DNA of 64,000 nucleotides. Origin: Eledone cirrhosa. Lineage: Eukaryota. Position numbers and translations under genes: made by a program. Each line of letters begins with the position of its first letter. Position 1 is the stretch's first letter. The stretch is from the NCBI GenBank assembly GCA_964016885.1, contig OZ024756.1, forward strand, positions 21,762,001-21,826,000, given 5' to 3'. The notes beneath the pieces are model-generated. The model was not told the DNA's origin and ran no database searches. It worked only from the letters and a program-made list of their open reading frames with translations. Below are positions 59,644 through 64,000 of this stretch, piece after piece.

Positions 59644-60000
59644 AATTGTTTCTACCTTTGGCACAAGGCCAGCAAATACCCAGTACATTACTGGTACTTT
59701 ATTTTATCGACCCCGTAAGGATTAAAGGCAAAGTTAACCTCGGCGGGATTCGAAATCGGATCATAAAGGTAGGTAACTCTATGCGTCAAAGCATAGCGTC
59801 CGACCCTCTACCGATTGGATTGGCAGTATCGGTAGAGGGTGTGATGCCATGCTTTGCAGCAAAGAGTTACGGCCCTTTATAGTCTGAGTTCAATTCCCGC
59901 TGAGGTTAACTTCACCTTTCATCCTTATGGGGTCGATAAAATAACGTACCAGTAATACACTTGGATAATTGCTGGCCTTGTGCCAAAAGTAGAAACAATT
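59644..60000. mobile_element. Head-to-head SINE pair (59644-59814 -, 59815-60000 +)
   Basis: ccctctaccgat|tggattggcag junction. Confidence 0.85.
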
Positions 60001-60456
60001 ATAATAATACAAGGACGATTTGTTAAGCCTTCATTACGTTTATTAGTTAGTGACGCGCATTTTGCTATTGATCAGCTCAAGGTTGGCTATTATCAATATC
60101 GATAAAATAAAGTACCAGTAATGTACTCGCGTCCATTTATCGACTTTCCCCTTTCCCCCAAAAATGCTGGCCTTGTGCCTAAATCAGAAACCAATAATTA
60201 CTAGTCCAATTTACGCTAATACTGTATCAGTTGTCCATATTCAGTTTACCATTCCTACAGAGCTGTCAGTGCCAATGATAAAGCATTACACTGATTAACA
60301 CAGAGTTGTTATTGTATTTATTTATATTTGTTTTATATTTATTGATGTTGTTTCATTATCTTCCCTTCTTCATTTAAACTGCACTCCTTCCTTCCTTTCA
60401 TTCTTTATTTCTTCTTTCATTCGTTTTATTTTTTCATGTATATATTCTTATTATTA

Positions 60457-60636
60457 ATTGGCAGTATCGGTAGAGGGTCGGACACCATGCTTTCCAGCAT
60501 AGTTACGTCCCTTTACGATCTGGGTTCAAATCCCGCCGAGGTTGACTTTGCCTTTCATCCTTACGGGGTCGATAAAATAAAGTACCAGTAATGCACTGGG
60601 TAATTGCTGGCCTTGTGCCTAAAGTAGAAACAATTA
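60457..60636 (+). mobile_element. tRNA-head SINE (partial 3' copy also at 60099-60193)
   Basis: Consensus match. Confidence 0.85.
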
Positions 60637-61113
60637 TTAATTTTTCTCCTTCACTTTGTCTTATTAAATTTTCCATTCTTTCCTCCTTCCTTCCTTCCTC
60701 TATAATTTGTTGTTGTTTTTTTCTTCTTCTTCTTCTTTTCTTTCTTCTTCGTTTTCTTCTTATTCTTAGTTTTCTTCTTTTCTTCTATTTCTTCTTCTTC
60801 TTCTTTTCTTCTTTTCTTGTCTTCTTGTCTTCTTTTTTCTTCTTGTTGTTTCCCTTCTTCTTCTTCTTCTTCTTCTTCTTCTTCTTCTTCTTCTTCTTCT
60901 TCTTCTTCTTCTTCTTCTCTGCCTTCTTCTTCTCCCCTCATGTCCTATTCCTTTCTCGCATTGCTCTGTTTCTCTCTTTTCTTTACCTTCTCTCCACACA
61001 CACCCAACGTAAACCAATGATTTCCCTATCATGTTGTAGTTGATGTTGTAATGGTATCATTGTTGTGTATTGTTGGAAAATGGCTGTGTTGCGTGTTTAC
61101 TTGTGTATAGTTT

Positions 61114-61547
61114 CACGGCAAGGCACTACAGCCGTCGTGGCCATCCACTGCAACCAAAGAAGTCCCTGGTCGTGACGGTCCTCCGTACCACCGGATTCTG
61201 GCTTCTGCGGCCGAGTGAGTGGGACCGTCACTGTGCACTGGCCCTTCTACTACAAACCTTTCCCGCACAGGTTTCTTCTTTAGCGTGCACTCCCAAAGCC
61301 CTGCGGAGGTAACAGGTGGAGGTAACCTCTGGGAGTTGAGACGGGCAGAGGTCACTGAGGCCCGTGAAAGGAGGAGAAAGGCATCAACAGCTGCCCAAAG
61401 TGACTCCGGTCTCTTCCCCTGCCCCCACTGTCGCCGGACCTGCAAGTCAAGGATCGGCCTCCAGAGCCACCTTCGTGCCCACAGAAGACAGGAACTAAAA
61501 TAAAGAAGATGTCATCATTGTTTACGATGGACAACCAAGAGTTGCAG
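61114..61547 (+). mobile_element. RTE (BovB-like) 3' end with C2H2 motif, preceded by a GC-rich segment of probable RTE-UTR origin
   Basis: EARERRRK...FPCPHCRRTCKSRIGLQSHLRAH stop; 3' UTR tcatcattgtttacgatggacaacc. Confidence 0.75.
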
Positions 61548-62225
61548 CTGATGTTCTTCAAACTCAGAACAACTTACATCGAACAGTGCTATGAATAGGG
61601 ATGTTCCAGTTGTGACCATCCCGATGTTTAAAGGTTTCTGTGTTTACTTGTGTATAGTTTATGATGGTAATGTTCGAATTCAGAGCAACCTTCATTGAAC
61701 AGTGCCATGAGAAGGGATGTTCCAGTTGTGACCATCCCGACGTCTTAAAGGTTTCTGTGTTTACTTGTGTATAGTTTCTGATGGTAATGTTCGAATTCAG
61801 AGCAACCTTCATTGAACAGTGCCATGAGAAGGGATGTTCCAGTTGTGACCATCCCGACGTCTTAAAGGTTTCTGTGTTTACTTGTGTATAGTTTCTGATG
61901 GTAATGTTCGAATTCAGAGCAACCTTCATTGAACAGTGCCATGAGAAGGGATGTTCCAGTTGTGACCATCCCGACGTCTTAAAGGTTTCTGTGTTTACTT
62001 GTGTATAGTTTATGATGGTAATGTTCGAATTCAGAGCAACCTTCATTGAACAGTGCCATGAGAAGGGATGTTCCAGTTGTGACCATCCCGACGTCTTAAA
62101 GGTTTCTGTGTTTACTTGTGTATAGTTTATGATGGTAATGTTCGAATTCAGAGCAACCTTCATTGAACAGTGCTATGACTAGATTTATTTCCAGTTGTGA
62201 CCATCTCAACATTTTAATGGTTTCC
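61548..62225. repeat. 117-bp tandem repeat, ~5.7 units
   Basis: gaattcagagc at 61676, 61793, 61910...; 39-aa periodic ORF on minus strand. Confidence 0.95.
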
Positions 62226-62354
62226 AAACGAAAGAGTTCTTTCTCTGATTTATATTTATTTCATTGTTTTTGAATGGTAATGTGAAACATGAGGTAAAGT
62301 CATCAGTCGCTACATTTAGCAGATTAAACGAAGGTATAGACGCTCACACTTCAA

Positions 62355-63655
62355 GCAGCACCACCAAACCAGCACCACCACCACTATTACCAACAACACC
62401 ACCATCACGAACAATATTACATCACCACTAGTCCTTTCACTTAAAACAACACCACAGCCACTACCACCAACACCACCACCACTACAAAAACCACTACAAC
62501 AACAACCAGCACAAAACCACCACGACTACCACCACCACTAATACAAACACCACCACCACCATCACGAACGGTATTACAACATCACTACTAATCCAGTAAC
62601 TTCAACTACCACCACAACAACCAGCAAGATAGCCATGATTAAATCGCTACCATCAAAACACCACTACTACAACACCACCACTTCAACATCACCACTACAA
62701 CAGCACCACCACCTCCTTGTCCCCCATTACAACACCACTACCACCACCACCAGCACCACCGCCACCATAATCACGAACAATATTACAACATCACCACTAG
62801 TCGTATCACTTCAACCACCACCTCACCACTACCACCTCCACCACCACCACTATAACAATACCACCGCCATTACAACATCACCACTAGTCGTATCACTTCA
62901 ACCACCACCTCACCACTACCACCTCCACCACCACCACTATTACAATACCACCGCCATTACAACATCACCACTAGTCGTAACACTTCAACCACCACCTCAC
63001 TACCACCACCTCACCACTACCACCACCACCACTATTACAATACCACCACCATTACAACATCACCACTAGTCGTATCACTTCAACCAACACCTCACTACTA
63101 CCACCACCACCACCACCACCACTATTACAACATCACCACTAGTCGTAACACTTCAACCACCACCTCACCACTACCACATCCACCACCACCACTATTACAA
63201 TACCACCGCCATTACAACATCACCACTAATCGTAACACTTCAACCACCACCTCACCACTACCACCTCCACCACCACCACTATTACAATGCCACCGCCATT
63301 ACAACATCACCACTAATCGTAACACTTCAACCACCACCTCACCACCACCATCACCACTATTACAATACCACCGCCATTACAACATCACCACTAGTCGTAA
63401 CACTTAAACCACCACCACTATTACAACGCCACCACCATTACAACATCACCACTAGTCGTAACACTTCAACCACCACCTCACCACCACCACCAACACCACT
63501 ACCACCACCACTATTACAATACCACCGCCATTACAACATCACCACTAGTCGTATCACTTCAACCAACACCTCACCACCACCACCACCACTATTACAACGC
63601 CACCACCATTACAACATCACCACTAGTCGTATCACTTCAACAAACACCACCACAA
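62355..63655. repeat. (CAC/TAC)n-derived minisatellite with recurring attacaacatcaccactagtcgta unit
   Basis: Direct reading. Confidence 0.9.
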
Positions 63656-64000
63656 CGAATAAGATATACCCACCATTGAATGACTAGCACAAGTAGAAAT
63701 AACAAAAACAACAACAGAGCTATCTGTAACACACTACTCAGCTATCATTACACATATTATGATGTCATTGAATCTAAAGATTTAAAAACATTTAAGGTAG
63801 TGCTTTAGAGTTTCTGCAACAATATTTGCTTTCCAGGCTTCAACAGTATATATAACTATTATAACAATAATATGAATTTAATATAATACAGACAAGAAGC
63901 CATAGAGTTAATACTTATTTATATACAAATATGCGATATACCGAGATTGAAAAAAGTTGTGACTCATCGAATAGCAATATACAGCAGCATCACTTACATA

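Noticed and set aside
61420-61503. Host C2H2 zinc-finger gene exon
   Set aside because: Single finger with SRIGL.SH.R.H context, typical of RTE C-termini.
61548-62225. CRISPR array or retrozyme interpretation of the 117-bp and 270-bp arrays
   Set aside because: No unique spacers or cas genes; ctgatgg lacks A9 and there is no downstream GAAA.

Overview
Very AT-rich, microsatellite-saturated eukaryotic non-coding DNA. The repeat vocabulary suggests an octopus/coleoid cephalopod; this is inferred, not proven. I can support no host protein-coding exon, and almost all ORF-track entries are translations of simple repeats. Recognisable content: about 28 copies of a ~185-220 bp tRNA-head SINE; fragments of RTE, R4/Dong-type (RLE endonuclease) and Tx1/L1-type LINEs; a Penelope-like (PLE) RT/linker fragment; a mariner-type MITE; 270-bp and 117-bp tandem arrays; and multi-kb (TA)n tracts. 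The most interesting layer is RNA-structural. (1) About 16 minimal type I hammerhead ribozyme (HHR) cores, from several sequence families, sit in short PLE pLTR-like elements in (TA)n. (2) A recurrent class of DNA palindromes has its symmetry axis inside HHR stem II, suggesting fold-back priming at the ribozyme hairpin. (3) A ~610-bp non-coding retroelement has a fixed 5' end that may fold as an HDV-like ribozyme. All coordinates were read by eye and may be off by a few bases; no folding or database searches were run.
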